The notes beneath the pieces were generated by a model. The model was given only the letters and a program-made list of their open reading frames with translations. It searched no databases and was not told where the DNA came from. The translations under genes and the position numbers were made by a program. Shown in pieces: positions 53,000 through 64,000 of a stretch of DNA of 64,000 nucleotides. Every line of letters begins with the position of its first letter. Position 1 is the first letter of the stretch. The DNA lies in contig CDRNVI010000073.1 of the NCBI GenBank assembly GCA_977017575.1, positions 62,001 to 126,000 of the forward strand. The letters are read 5' to 3'. The stretch is from Paramoeba atlantica. Its lineage: Eukaryota; Protista; Discosea.

Positions 53000-55900
53000 A
53001 TGGTTCTACTTTCTACTCATTTGCCGAGTTCCCGATCGCAGAAACATCGATCTCAATTGCACCGAACGCAAACTGAACACTCCGATTGCAAAGATCACGT
53101 AAATGGTTCAATCACTTCCTCTCAAAGTTCCGAACACTCAGACACATCATTGGTCCCACAAGAATCGAATTCACCGAGTTCCTCCAATTTGAAGCCCTCC
53201 TCCCATTTACATGACTTGGAGGGAACAAAAGTTTCTTCTTTGAGCAAGGCCCAATGCTCACACGAACTGTTTTCGTCTTCTCAACTTAAAACTTTATCCC
53301 AAAGCAAAACAGATCTTTCTGCTTGGAAAGATTGGATACACACCTTAAACGTCATGGATCACGCAGTTCGCGTATTTCAAGTCACGCAACATCTTTCTTC
53401 AGGTGCGTCTACGAAACCCTTTGCTAAGCCCCTTGCCTTCGAAGTGGCTCATATACTTCGGCAGAAAAAATGCGATTCTGTGGTACTTAAGTGGCCGTTT
53501 GAATCCGATTTTATCTGGGAATCTTTGGATGACGTAACTTTACATGGACGAAGTCAACTGCCTCTTTGCTGCTCTCTTTATATACAAAGCGTGCTTTTTC
53601 TTCTCCTGCTGGCGCTCTATGACGCAACAGAACGTTATTCCGAAGATAATATTGCTAAAGCTGAGACTGACGATCTATCGTCTCTCAATTCCTCTCTTTC
53701 TCTTCTTGCTTTTTGTTTTTCTTACGCGAACGATGCTTCCCAAAGCATGGAAAATCAAAGACTGTCTTCGCCAAAGCCTGAAAAACATATGGATCAGAAT
53801 CTAGAAAAATGCAAAGATCTGTGCGACAAAATATATTTGTACGGGTTACATTTCGTATGTAAAATTGCTATGGGGAATTTGAAGGACGCAAGTCACCCCA
53901 TATGGATCCTTTTAGCCCATTTGTTTTCGAGGCAAACCCAACAAGCCAAGAACAAAGACCTAATGATTGTCCCTGAGAACTCAATCGTTTCCAAAGGCCA
54001 AGGGAATCCTTCCAAAGATTCTCTAAGCAAAGAATTCACAAATCTGAGATTTCCTATCAATCTTTCGTCAAGCATTTTTCAAAACGTAGAATCGTGTTTA
54101 ACGGCCCTTCTTGCCCGGCTTATTCAGGAATCTTGGAAAGACTTTCAGTTGGGGCAACAGAAAACCTTTGATTTCTTAGAATCAAAATTGGATCGCACAG
54201 TTTTGTGTCATGTTGTAACGCAATCTAGATCACGAACTTCGCCAAAGTGCTTTCAAATTGATTTAGGGAACGATAGCTCGAAATACATTCCCGCACTCAC
54301 GACGACCTCTTCTTTGTTTTTGATACGATTTGCAGCTGTTTGCCTTCTACCGTGGATAAGACGTATGAAGTCTGAAAAAGGAACTTCTGTAGTTCTCCCA
54401 AAAAAGATGCACACATTATTGATGTTTATTGCCCACAGTTTACACTACGAGGGCTATACTCCGCTGGCTTTAGAACTTTGGAATTCTCTTTGTGATGAGA
54501 AGTGTTGTGATCAAAGTGATCTTTATAAAAAGGACGCATATTTGAGTCATGCACTCACGATGAGCAATCTGGAGATTATTTCCAAATGGGTCGATTCCAC
54601 TCAGGACACCTTGGAATTTCTTCAAAAGCTGCACATTTCGGGCCAATCCCTGAAAGCTGAGACCGGAGCCGCAGATCCCTTGCAACGTGGTTCGCAGATT
54701 GCCGAAACGGAGACAACGCTTAACGATCTCTCTGTTTTCAAAAGAATTTTCACACTTTATCATAACAGTTTCTCGGAGTCTTCGTCATTTCCTGCGGAAA
54801 ACATTTTGACCGATCTCCTGCCTTTGCTGCAAAAGTACATTCCATGGATTGTGGACACTCAACATTTCCGTGATGCATCCCATCTTAATTTGTCGAATCA
54901 AAAGGGAACGAATACGCCTCAGGACACGCAACCACAAAACACTGTTATTCCGAAACGAAACACAGAAAATGATACAGAGAAAACTGCCGATGCAATTTCC
55001 AGCCTCCCTGCAGAACACAGCAACGAGAAAACATCCAATACGAATGAAACCGTAATAAAAACACAAACAAAAAACAAATCTCACTCCATTTCTTCCTTGG
55101 AAACGGCACACTATATTATCGATTCTTGTTTTTTTGTCGCTGAACTGTTTCTCTCTCGCGGAGATATTCCGAGTTCCACAAGATCTCTGTGTGCTGTTCT
55201 TTCAGTACTCCTTGGAAGCGCTACCCTCTTGAGTACCCGACATCTTTTACGTGTCCTTGAATGTTTTAGTCTTCTATCGGGCTCAGTAGAATCTCTTGTC
55301 TCGTTTTCATCCAATGATTTCAATGATATGGTACAGACATATCGAACGCGCTCTCTGTTTGCGTTTGTTTCTCCTGTTTCGTTTACGCGTTGGGCTTTTA
55401 GAGAACGTGAATTTGAAATGCGGATATCTCCAGCAATTCTGTATTCTTCCCTAAACAATAGTGCTTCCGATTCCATTGAGGATGACCGAAATGACAAAGG
55501 AAAGAACGTGCTTTCTCTAGTGGAAGCGGAAGAACGGATTTATCTTGCTCCGCGCAGTTTGCATGACATCAATGATGCATTCAATTCTCTACACTCGATG
55601 CAAAGGACGTTAGCAGATGTCAAAAAAGATGAGCACCGACAAATCGAACTTCTTATTTCTACTGCACTGGACGCAGACCGAACTTTGCAATGTCCACAAC
55701 TTTTGTTCGTTCTCAAAGAGTTCATGTCTCGGATTGAACGTCTCTTCCGTCGAACGCTAAAATTACGGTCAGAGGCAACGAAAGATCGACTTTTTCCCAT
55801 ACACTTTTGGTCGCTGCATCAATCTTGTTCGGGACACTGCCACACAAGCGATCGCAAAGAATTTCGTCTGACACTTGCACGTATTGCCATTTTATGCGGG

Positions 55901-58540
55901 TTTACTTCCCTTGCGGCTACTCAGCTGTTATCCTGCTGCAATCTAAGTTTTGATGCCATTTCTGGAGCACACACTGTTCCTCTCGAATTTACCTTTTCCA
56001 AGAGTTTTCCCCGAACGCAGTCTTCACCTAAAACCAATGTAGCGCAAAGCAACACAAAGGAAGGCCATTTTTCGTACTCTTCGAAGGATAAAAATTCTTT
56101 TTCGCTTGAAAATATTCCATGTGATGTTACACTATGTGCCATCGTACGAGATTCTACTCGAGACGTACTTTATTTTGTACGATGGGAAAATTTGCCTTTT
56201 GCCTCTGCCACGGAGCCAACAGATGCAGAACCCTGTGTTTATTTGTGCGAAATACCCGCGCCTTCCCTGTTGTTTGATCTTGTCGAAAAAGCGCAAAATA
56301 TTACAAACGAGGCTGCGAATCAAGTTGTGCAACATGATCTTGAACTCAACAAAGAACCTCCAAAAGAGGATGCAGAAAAAAAGAATTCTTCCTCGGAGAT
56401 TTTATCTAAAAATACGGCAGTCAGCAACAAACGCGGTTCTCATTCAGAGCGCAAAGCTTTTTGGTCACAGCGTGAAGCATTTGACCAAAAATTGGGAGGC
56501 GTTGTAAGCTCTATGCAGGAAGATGTTTGGGGTTCTCTCTGCTATGCGTTACTTCCCTCTTTTCGAATGGATGCAGATCGATTTGAACATGTAGAGAATA
56601 CAGAACCCACAAAAAGTGAAACAACCTCTTTATCTCATGAGGAAAAATTCTCCTTAAAGGAAAAAGCGCTGCTTTCTAAATATCGCACTCGAATTTATGC
56701 ACTCTTTCTTAAAGGTAATTCCGATTCTGAAATAGATTCTTCGCGAGCACAAACAATGCAAAATGATAACTTTTCCTGTGTCTTGGGCGTGCTATCCGCC
56801 TTCATACGATCGGTTCCTTTTCTTGAAAATCCTCCCACCATCGAATCATGTTCAAACCGTATTGACACCTCCAAAGCATCCACATCGTCTACGACTCCAG
56901 CCGACCGGCTTTTAGATCTTATATCCTATTCGATTTGCTCCGACGCTTCTATTCTCATGGAAACAGAACCTTTTAAGAAACGTTTAAAAGACCTCTTACT
57001 AGAATTCTATGAAGACTCTTGTGAAATGTACGATTCCATTTTTGATGGGATGCTGCCTCAAAAACTTTCATTCAATGTTTCGGAGAATCCATCGTACACT
57101 TCTACGCTTTCTGGAACGTCTCCAAAGTTGAGTTCTTCGCCCCTTTTAACGAATCTCTCCGAAACGGATTCAACTTCCTCGTCTTTCTCAAGAACAAAGC
57201 GCTTGCTTTCTCACCGTAAACTTTGGCTTTTGTTCGACCAGCAACCTCTGAATTCTCAAGGTCTCACACTTCATCATTTCCCATGGGAATCTCTTCCCTG
57301 TTTTCGATGGTTTCACAAAGGCAAACCATCTTCTCATATGGTTCGAATTCCCTCTTTGCGATATGCGATGCAAAGCGTATCGAATTTTGCATTTTTGAAT
57401 GCACAAAAATGCTCCAAAAATACACAGCTTAATGCTGTGTCTCCAAAACAGAACATCAAAGGATTAAAAACGAATACTTTGAGATCGGATCAAGCCTATC
57501 CCTATTCTCTGTATTACTGTTTGAATCCGATGGGCGATACCCATCGGTCACAGGAAACGTTAGAACCTCTTTTACGCAAACTTCCCAACAGCACGGGAAG
57601 TGTTGGAAAAATAAAGAGAGATGGATACTCAACGGTGGACTGTTGCGATCCGATTTCAGGTTTGCATACAGGAGGGACGTTTCTGTATGTTGGACATGGC
57701 AGCGGCTATCGAATTCTTCCTCGACATAAATTGCTGACTTGTGCAGGAAAAATGAGACGAAGGGAAGCCGAGCAATCCAAACGATATTCGGAAGATCGTG
57801 AGGGAGATCAGGAAACTTTGACAGAAAATGAAGAGCCCACGCCAAGGAAAAGTTTTTCGGAGTATCTAAAAACACCGTTTTCTCTTTTGGGGAAACTAAA
57901 AGAATATATCAAACCCTCATCCGAATCCTCTACGAATAATACGGATAATAACAAATCCTCGGAAGTCGAAATGTCGACGGGAAAAGAAGATTCCGAAGAA
58001 GTTTCTCGACACTCCCATACATTACTGGATGAAGCGCAAGATGGGAATTTTACAGAATTGCAAGCTTCCACCCGTAGTGCATCTTCATTGGTCTCATCTT
58101 CTATTCTTCCTTCTCACACTGTGCTACTTATGGGTTGCTCCAGTGCATCCTTGAGTGAAGGTCCGTATGCGATTCCTTACACTTTACTTCACTTTGGGGT
58201 GCGTCAAGTCCTGTGCACTTTATGGGATATAACAGATGGCGAAATTGATCGCTACACGAAGCAATATCTCAAAACTGCATTTTTACCTCAGGAAACCGAT
58301 TCCGATGGAAAACCAGAAGCGAACGGGTCTGCTCGATCTTTGAGCGAAAACGTTGAAACAGAAATGGGGAATCTTTGCTTGAAGAAAGGAAGCGCCACTT
58401 CATCTAAAATCGTTGTCCTTGAAACAGATCGAAACGTGCTCCCCAAAGATTTTGACCTGCACCACAACATGTTACGCGCACGAGAAGCCCCAAGGCTGTT
58501 TTATCTCACAAGTTCATCTGTAGTCTGTTATGGCACCTAA
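53000..58540 (+). CDS. ESP1: Separase (peptidase C50)
   Basis: LHHFPWESLP, RIPSL, YCLNPMGD, FLYVGHGSG, LLMGCSS, LWDITDGEIDRY, VVCYG at the C-terminus of an 1846-aa ORF. Confidence 0.93.
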   Translation: MVLLSTHLPSSRSQKHRSQLHRTQTEHSDCKDHVNGSITSSQSSEHSDTSLVPQESNSPSSSNLKPSSHLHDLEGTKVSSLSKAQCSHELFSSSQLKTLSQSKTDLSAWKDWIHTLNVMDHAVRVFQVTQHLSSGASTKPFAKPLAFEVAHILRQKKCDSVVLKWPFESDFIWESLDDVTLHGRSQLPLCCSLYIQSVLFLLLLALYDATERYSEDNIAKAETDDLSSLNSSLSLLAFCFSYANDASQSMENQRLSSPKPEKHMDQNLEKCKDLCDKIYLYGLHFVCKIAMGNLKDASHPIWILLAHLFSRQTQQAKNKDLMIVPENSIVSKGQGNPSKDSLSKEFTNLRFPINLSSSIFQNVESCLTALLARLIQESWKDFQLGQQKTFDFLESKLDRTVLCHVVTQSRSRTSPKCFQIDLGNDSSKYIPALTTTSSLFLIRFAAVCLLPWIRRMKSEKGTSVVLPKKMHTLLMFIAHSLHYEGYTPLALELWNSLCDEKCCDQSDLYKKDAYLSHALTMSNLEIISKWVDSTQDTLEFLQKLHISGQSLKAETGAADPLQRGSQIAETETTLNDLSVFKRIFTLYHNSFSESSSFPAENILTDLLPLLQKYIPWIVDTQHFRDASHLNLSNQKGTNTPQDTQPQNTVIPKRNTENDTEKTADAISSLPAEHSNEKTSNTNETVIKTQTKNKSHSISSLETAHYIIDSCFFVAELFLSRGDIPSSTRSLCAVLSVLLGSATLLSTRHLLRVLECFSLLSGSVESLVSFSSNDFNDMVQTYRTRSLFAFVSPVSFTRWAFREREFEMRISPAILYSSLNNSASDSIEDDRNDKGKNVLSLVEAEERIYLAPRSLHDINDAFNSLHSMQRTLADVKKDEHRQIELLISTALDADRTLQCPQLLFVLKEFMSRIERLFRRTLKLRSEATKDRLFPIHFWSLHQSCSGHCHTSDRKEFRLTLARIAILCGFTSLAATQLLSCCNLSFDAISGAHTVPLEFTFSKSFPRTQSSPKTNVAQSNTKEGHFSYSSKDKNSFSLENIPCDVTLCAIVRDSTRDVLYFVRWENLPFASATEPTDAEPCVYLCEIPAPSLLFDLVEKAQNITNEAANQVVQHDLELNKEPPKEDAEKKNSSSEILSKNTAVSNKRGSHSERKAFWSQREAFDQKLGGVVSSMQEDVWGSLCYALLPSFRMDADRFEHVENTEPTKSETTSLSHEEKFSLKEKALLSKYRTRIYALFLKGNSDSEIDSSRAQTMQNDNFSCVLGVLSAFIRSVPFLENPPTIESCSNRIDTSKASTSSTTPADRLLDLISYSICSDASILMETEPFKKRLKDLLLEFYEDSCEMYDSIFDGMLPQKLSFNVSENPSYTSTLSGTSPKLSSSPLLTNLSETDSTSSSFSRTKRLLSHRKLWLLFDQQPLNSQGLTLHHFPWESLPCFRWFHKGKPSSHMVRIPSLRYAMQSVSNFAFLNAQKCSKNTQLNAVSPKQNIKGLKTNTLRSDQAYPYSLYYCLNPMGDTHRSQETLEPLLRKLPNSTGSVGKIKRDGYSTVDCCDPISGLHTGGTFLYVGHGSGYRILPRHKLLTCAGKMRRREAEQSKRYSEDREGDQETLTENEEPTPRKSFSEYLKTPFSLLGKLKEYIKPSSESSTNNTDNNKSSEVEMSTGKEDSEEVSRHSHTLLDEAQDGNFTELQASTRSASSLVSSSILPSHTVLLMGCSSASLSEGPYAIPYTLLHFGVRQVLCTLWDITDGEIDRYTKQYLKTAFLPQETDSDGKPEANGSARSLSENVETEMGNLCLKKGSATSSKIVVLETDRNVLPKDFDLHHNMLRAREAPRLFYLTSSSVVCYGT

Positions 58541-58755
58541 TATCACATTCTCTTTTCAACTCTGTCTTACGCACAAAAATACCGCAAAATATTTCAAGGA
58601 AAAATACACGTTTTCCTTCAAAAACATTTTTTTTTTCAAATTTTTATCTTCAATCCAAATTTTTTAATCATAATCCTATTTATATTATTATTATTCCTAT
58701 ATTTTTTTGAAGCTCATTTTTTTCTTCCCTCTTTTTCTCCCTCCTTCCTTCCTCC

Positions 58756-60036
58756 ATGTCCTACGCCCTTGCGGAGCTCCCCGCAGGCTACGCCCTCATC
58801 CGCCTCGAAACCGCCGACACCCCCACACTCCACGCGCTCCACAAATTCAAATCCACCAAGGAGGCGCTGCAATCCACCAGCGCTCTTCTTCAAAGCGAAC
58901 TCTCCCAGCCGCTTAAAAAATTCCTAAAACGCAATCTCCCGAAAGAGCAGGTCGAGAGCCTCAGCGTTCTGGATGCGAAATTGGGCAAACTGATCAAATC
59001 GGAGCTCAAACTCCCGATTATCCATGGGGATGAGGTGCTGGACCAGATGCGGCTGATTCGTGGCGCCATGCACAATCTGCTTACGGAGATTTCCCCCACA
59101 CAGATGCACCAATCCAGTCTGGGACTCTCCCATCATTTGAATCGCTACAAACTTCGGTTTTCTCCGGAGAAAATTGACATGATGGTGGTGCAAGCCGTAG
59201 CCCTGCTCGATGATTTGGATAAGGAATTAAACAAATACGCCATGCGTGCCCGTGAGTGGTACGGCTGGCATTTTCCGGAACTTAGCAAACTGATTGCGGA
59301 TAATGTGGTGTATGCGAAAATCGCGTGTGCCATGAAAACACGCGATCACGCGAAAGAAGCCAACCTCGAGTCTTTTCTCTCCGAGGGGGAGGCCGGGAAA
59401 ATTCGAGAAGCCGCTCGACTCTCCATGGGGACCGAAATCAGTGAGGACGACGTGGAGAACATCTGTGCGCTTTGCACGGAGGTGATCTCGACGTCTCACT
59501 ACCGCGAGCAGCTCGCGGCGTACCTCTCGAACCGGATGAAAGCGATTGCGCCGAATTTAACCACCATGGTGGGGGAACAAATCGGGGCCCGGTTGATTCA
59601 AAAAGCCGGGAGTTTACTGGCGCTAGCAAAGTTCCCCGCCTCTACGGTACAAATTTTAGGCGCCGAGAAAGCTCTTTTTCGTGCGCTGAAGAAGAAGCAG
59701 GCCACTCCGAAGTATGGGCTGCTGTATAACGCCTCCTTGGTGACGCAGGCCCCGACACAGAATAAGGGCACCATGTCGCGTGTGCTGGCCGCGAAGACCT
59801 CGTTAAGCGCCCGGGTGGATAGTTTCGCGGAAAGTGAAATGGCCCCGGCCGCGGGGTACCGTGAAAAAGTGCTCCAGCGCTTGAAATCGTTTGAGGAAAC
59901 CGTGGCGTACGGGCGTACCGGAAAAACGAGAGGCGCGAACGTGGGGGCGTCTGGAGGAGGAGAGGGGGGACATCCGAAACGGCATCGAGGGGAGGAAGGG
60001 GAAGGGGGGAGAGAGGGAAAGTCGCGAAAGATGTGA
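58756..60036 (+). CDS. NOP58: Box C/D snoRNP protein NOP58
   Basis: LGLSHHLNRYKLRFSPEKIDMMVVQAVALLDDLDKELN, REWYGWHFPEL, STVQILGAEKALFRALK, TPKYGL. Confidence 0.96.
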   Translation: MSYALAELPAGYALIRLETADTPTLHALHKFKSTKEALQSTSALLQSELSQPLKKFLKRNLPKEQVESLSVLDAKLGKLIKSELKLPIIHGDEVLDQMRLIRGAMHNLLTEISPTQMHQSSLGLSHHLNRYKLRFSPEKIDMMVVQAVALLDDLDKELNKYAMRAREWYGWHFPELSKLIADNVVYAKIACAMKTRDHAKEANLESFLSEGEAGKIREAARLSMGTEISEDDVENICALCTEVISTSHYREQLAAYLSNRMKAIAPNLTTMVGEQIGARLIQKAGSLLALAKFPASTVQILGAEKALFRALKKKQATPKYGLLYNASLVTQAPTQNKGTMSRVLAAKTSLSARVDSFAESEMAPAAGYREKVLQRLKSFEETVAYGRTGKTRGANVGASGGGEGGHPKRHRGEEGEGGREGKSRKM

Positions 60037-60487
60037 AAAGTTGAAGAAAGGGGGTAAAAAAGTGGGAGTGGGGGTATTTTTTGAAGTAATTGGAGGGTAG
60101 GGGTAAGGAAATAAGGGGGAATGGTTTTGTTTAAGAGCGTATTGAATGGTTTTTAATAGCAGAATAAATTTGCAGGTTTGAATCATTTTGTAGTACAGTA
60201 AATTCCCGAAACAATTTTTTGGACGCAAGTAGAGAGAGTAGTTGTTGTCACAAACTACAAGTACCCGAAAACATTTGTGTACAAATTTTTGGCTCTTTTT
60301 TATTTATGTGAACTTAACGTTGTCATTTTGCAAAGTGGTCAATCTCGCACGTGTTTTACATGATAATTTGAAACAAAAGATAATTTTCTTTATCAAGTCC
60401 TGTATTTCCAGCAGTTTTTTATTTCATTTGTCCGCTAGTCTAACTTCGTTTTTTTCAATCCCATTTCGCCCTCTTCAATACATAAAA

Positions 60488-63400
60488 ATGCCATCTGCGC
60501 TAAGGAAACCTACCGAAGCACGTTCTTATATACAATCCCTAAGGCGACTTTCCCTTTTATTTACGCTTCTTCTCTGCAGTTTCGGGTACGGACCTTTTTT
60601 CTCGCATCGGAACACGAAATCTTTCCACCCGCACTCCTCTTTTTCCCTTCCGGGAGTTCGTGCCGAAATGGTGGGTATTGATTTGGGATCGGAATTTGTA
60701 AAACTTGCCAAAGTGCAGTCCGGTCCCTCCCGAGGGGCCCCGATTGAGATTGTGCTCAACGAACAGACACGACGAAAAACACCCAACGTGGTGGGGTTCC
60801 GAAATTCTGATTTATACGTGGGTGAGAACGCAAAGGCGTTATGTGGTCGTTTTCCTCAACATATGGCGCCTATGATGAATCGAATTGTGGGGGAAAGTTT
60901 TGATTCGAACGGATTTACGGATGAGAAAGAATCGGAAAACGGTGATTCGGAAGCCCATCCCCACGAGCGCACCTCTTTAAAAGACTGGTTTTCACGTGAT
61001 TTAGCCTTTACCAATCAAATCGAGCGTAACCCCGCACGTAACACCATTTCCGTCGTTCTCCCGGCTGCCCCTTCTCCCTTTCTTCCCACCGAAGAAAATG
61101 TCGACCCCTCGGAGGGAACCTCAGAAGAAACCTCACCCCCTGCATCCCCAAATACCCCAATCTCCCCTCTACCCTCCGGCATCCACCCCTACGACCCCGA
61201 AACCCTTCTCGGTTTCCTCTTTTCCTATCTCTATGATCTCACCAAAGCCGCAAACCTCCACCTCCCCTCCTCCCCTTCGTTGTCTCCAAAACCGAGGGCC
61301 CAAAAAATAAAGAAACAAAAATCAAATCAACCTAAATCTTTTTCAAAAGAATCAGAAGATTCTAAAGAAGAATTTCACGAATCTTTTATGGCGCCTCAAA
61401 TGAAGAATATTGAAGCCGCTCTGGTCGTTCCCTATTTCTTCAACACACGACAACGCGAGGGTTTGGTCCATGCCGCGGCGCTGGGAGGGATTGCGGTGAA
61501 CGCCATCCTCCACACCACAACCGCGGTCGCGCTGCACTACGGGGTCCAAAACCGAGGCCTGGGCAACGCCTCGCTGTATTTTATGGTGTTCGACATGGGC
61601 GCCTCTCGCACCGAGGCGGGGATTTATCACTATGAGCCTCCGGAACCGGGCGCCCCGAACGCGGAGGCTTTTGGCACACTTCGCACCGTTTCACTCGCGA
61701 GTGATCGGTTTTTAGGCACCCGATTGTTTGATCGTCGTCTCGCGGAGGTGATCGCTGCGGAATTCACCGCGAAAACGAAAATAAAGATTGACCTTTCATT
61801 AGGGGCAAAGGCCTCGGCTGCGGAACGAAAAGGTTCAGCCTCGTTGTTGCGCGCCGCAAATGGGCTGCGGGAAGTGCTAAGTGCGAATCGGTACGCTCCG
61901 GTTACGGTGGAGAGTATTGTCCAGGATCGGGACTTTTCGACCACCATCACACGTGAGCTTTTTGAATCAAAATGTGTGGATCTATTTGAACGTGCACGGC
62001 GGGTCGCGGAAAAGGCCCTGCAAAGAGCGAATCTTTCGCCGGATGATTTAGCCTCATTGGAGATTCACGGTGGAGGGGTACGGATGCCCAAGGTTCTGGA
62101 CGATTTAGCGCAGCTTTATGGTAAACCGGTTGATCGCACGTTAAATGGGGACGAAAGTGCAGCGCTGGGGGCTGCTTTTTATGCTGCAAAACGAAGCGGA
62201 ATGTTTTCTGCTCGAGGCTTTCGCATTGAAGAGCTAAATCCGCATTCGCTGGACTTCGTAGTGTCCGATGGGAAGGCTGTGCCGGAGAGTGCAGAGCCAA
62301 TGGCAGAGGAAAATTCTGAAATCGACACCAATTCGGTACTAGGGGATGACACAAAGGCGGCCGTTGCAAAAGGTAAAATCTCGACTCCCCGAACTCTTTT
62401 TGTGGGATATAACTCATCTTATCCGAGCTCACGAAAAACTATTACGCTTCATCGCACAGAGGATTTTTCAGTTTCTTTTCGTGAGGACAAACGTCTTGAA
62501 AACACAGTCACGCTTTCTCCGATTCATGACGCACTTACGTCCTGGGGTTACTTCGACCCCGAGTTGTCTCATCCGGATAATAAACAGAAGGTACAGCTGG
62601 AAACCAGAATTGGGGAAAACGGCATTTTAGACGTTTCACAAGCGGAATTAGTATTCAACGAGTGGCGTAATATTTCTCGAATGGTCCGAAAACGAGCTGT
62701 AGCAAAACCGAATCAAGGTGGAGAACAGGGAAACTCGGAAATGCAAAACGTTGAAAAAGGGGAAAATCAAAAGGATTCGGCACTATCCGAAGATAATTCT
62801 GCGGTATCACAAGAAAAGACAACATCTGACGTCGAAAATGAAGTTGAAACAATGAAAACAAATGAAGAACCTGCGACGAAAGAATCAAATTCTTCTGTAC
62901 AGTCAGACAACTCATCTGCCAAAGACTTCACAACCCCTACCGATCTCAACAACGACCTCGTTTTTGAACGCGAATACAAACTTGAGCTCACTGAACATCG
63001 CACCCCGTTAAATCTTATCTGGACCTATTCCTTCCCTCAACCCCTTAGTTCACACGACAGAATACAAACGCAGTCGTTTCTGCATCGACAACTTGCCTAT
63101 GAGACACACAAACGAAAAACAGCCGCGGCTAAGAATGATCTCGAGGCTTTGCTTTTGGACACTCTTACCGAATGGATTCCCCATCACCGAACGTATGGGT
63201 TTATTAAAAAACATGAAGAAGAACCGATACGCACAATTATGGAAGATATTAAGGCATGGCTGGAAGAGGGAGATGGATGCACCATGTCGGTAACACATTT
63301 CCATTTTGAGGAAAAAATTCGTGAGGTTCATGCCGAAAAAGAAAAAATTGAGGAACGCAAAAGGCCGAAAAGGGAAGAGAAAACTATGAGTAATGAAACG

Positions 63401-63529
63401 GCAGGAAATGGAAGCAATGCTTCGCAAGCTGCGCCTTCTTCTGGTGTAGACGGAAATGATACCTCTACCGAAATGGACACAGAATCCGTATCCTCAACTA
63501 ATTCTGCTACGCAGAAAGAAGAATTGTAG
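60488..63529 (+). CDS. HYOU1: ER HSP70-family chaperone HYOU1/GRP170/Lhs1
   Basis: Hydrophobic signal segment, VGIDLGSEFVK, IVLNEQTRRKTP, FDMGAS, NGDESAALGA, C-terminal KEEL; first ATG 60488. Confidence 0.92.
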   Translation: MPSALRKPTEARSYIQSLRRLSLLFTLLLCSFGYGPFFSHRNTKSFHPHSSFSLPGVRAEMVGIDLGSEFVKLAKVQSGPSRGAPIEIVLNEQTRRKTPNVVGFRNSDLYVGENAKALCGRFPQHMAPMMNRIVGESFDSNGFTDEKESENGDSEAHPHERTSLKDWFSRDLAFTNQIERNPARNTISVVLPAAPSPFLPTEENVDPSEGTSEETSPPASPNTPISPLPSGIHPYDPETLLGFLFSYLYDLTKAANLHLPSSPSLSPKPRAQKIKKQKSNQPKSFSKESEDSKEEFHESFMAPQMKNIEAALVVPYFFNTRQREGLVHAAALGGIAVNAILHTTTAVALHYGVQNRGLGNASLYFMVFDMGASRTEAGIYHYEPPEPGAPNAEAFGTLRTVSLASDRFLGTRLFDRRLAEVIAAEFTAKTKIKIDLSLGAKASAAERKGSASLLRAANGLREVLSANRYAPVTVESIVQDRDFSTTITRELFESKCVDLFERARRVAEKALQRANLSPDDLASLEIHGGGVRMPKVLDDLAQLYGKPVDRTLNGDESAALGAAFYAAKRSGMFSARGFRIEELNPHSLDFVVSDGKAVPESAEPMAEENSEIDTNSVLGDDTKAAVAKGKISTPRTLFVGYNSSYPSSRKTITLHRTEDFSVSFREDKRLENTVTLSPIHDALTSWGYFDPELSHPDNKQKVQLETRIGENGILDVSQAELVFNEWRNISRMVRKRAVAKPNQGGEQGNSEMQNVEKGENQKDSALSEDNSAVSQEKTTSDVENEVETMKTNEEPATKESNSSVQSDNSSAKDFTTPTDLNNDLVFEREYKLELTEHRTPLNLIWTYSFPQPLSSHDRIQTQSFLHRQLAYETHKRKTAAAKNDLEALLLDTLTEWIPHHRTYGFIKKHEEEPIRTIMEDIKAWLEEGDGCTMSVTHFHFEEKIREVHAEKEKIEERKRPKREEKTMSNETAGNGSNASQAAPSSGVDGNDTSTEMDTESVSSTNSATQKEEL

Positions 63530-64000
63530 CCTCACAAAATCACAAAAGACGGACGTGGTTCAACGAAACAGGGATGATGAAATCTTAAAATAGACGCCAT
63601 TTTGCTTCTTTTTGCTGTCTTCATCTTTTAAGTCATTTTCTAACACGTTTTGCGTACAGAAACTTATGGGCGATGCATTTCGTTGTTATTGAATGAATAA
63701 ATTATGTCCCTTTTTTGGTTAAAATTCGTAATATGCACCATTGTATTACTTACCATAATGACTTCAATTTTATGATCTGCTTTTTAAAGCTCCTGATTTC
63801 TCACCTATTTTTTCAGTAAATTAGACCCAAACGTTCGCTTGGTACGCTTCCTATTTTTAATGCCATTTTCTTCGCTCCCTCGCTCTTGGGCTTTTTCACA
63901 ACCTCTCCTACGTCATCTCGCGCTCCTTTTTTCTGTGTCTCTTTTCTTTATCCGAGACCGTTACAGAACTTCCCCCTTTCCGAGTGTTCTCTCCTCCGAC

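Overview
Eukaryotic, intron-less DNA in which every recognisable host gene lies on the + strand, several behind polypyrimidine/AG acceptor-type sites. Together with a spliced-leader (SL)-like 39-mer and a KREPB-like protein, this points to a kinetoplastid polycistronic unit (inference; the species cannot be read from the sequence). Housekeeping genes: USP-family deubiquitinase, KREPB-like protein, very divergent PCNA, large helical-repeat protein, DnaQ-like exonuclease with an in-frame TGA, PRA1, separase, NOP58 and HYOU1/GRP170. Interleaved are 13 members of one LRR family (plant-type N-cap preceded by a conserved KVRG-xx-LP-x-EY motif), three of them broken. There is a dense load of mobile DNA: a full-length HERO-like RLE non-LTR retrotransposon inserted in an LRR gene, Merlin-type elements with 8-bp TSDs, Tc1/mariner elements, Harbinger-, DIRS- and CRE-like remnants, several TA-flanked MITEs and a palindrome/hairpin repeat family forming an 890-bp tandem array. 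Main discovery candidate: SL sequence embedded in mobile elements. A complete 39-nt SL-like exon without a GT donor sits in front of a short ORF inside a Merlin-type TIR element, and the identical last 14 nt sit at the 5' end of the retrotransposon. That retrotransposon also carries six Mer3/HFM1-like Cys/His motifs and a single in-frame UGA.
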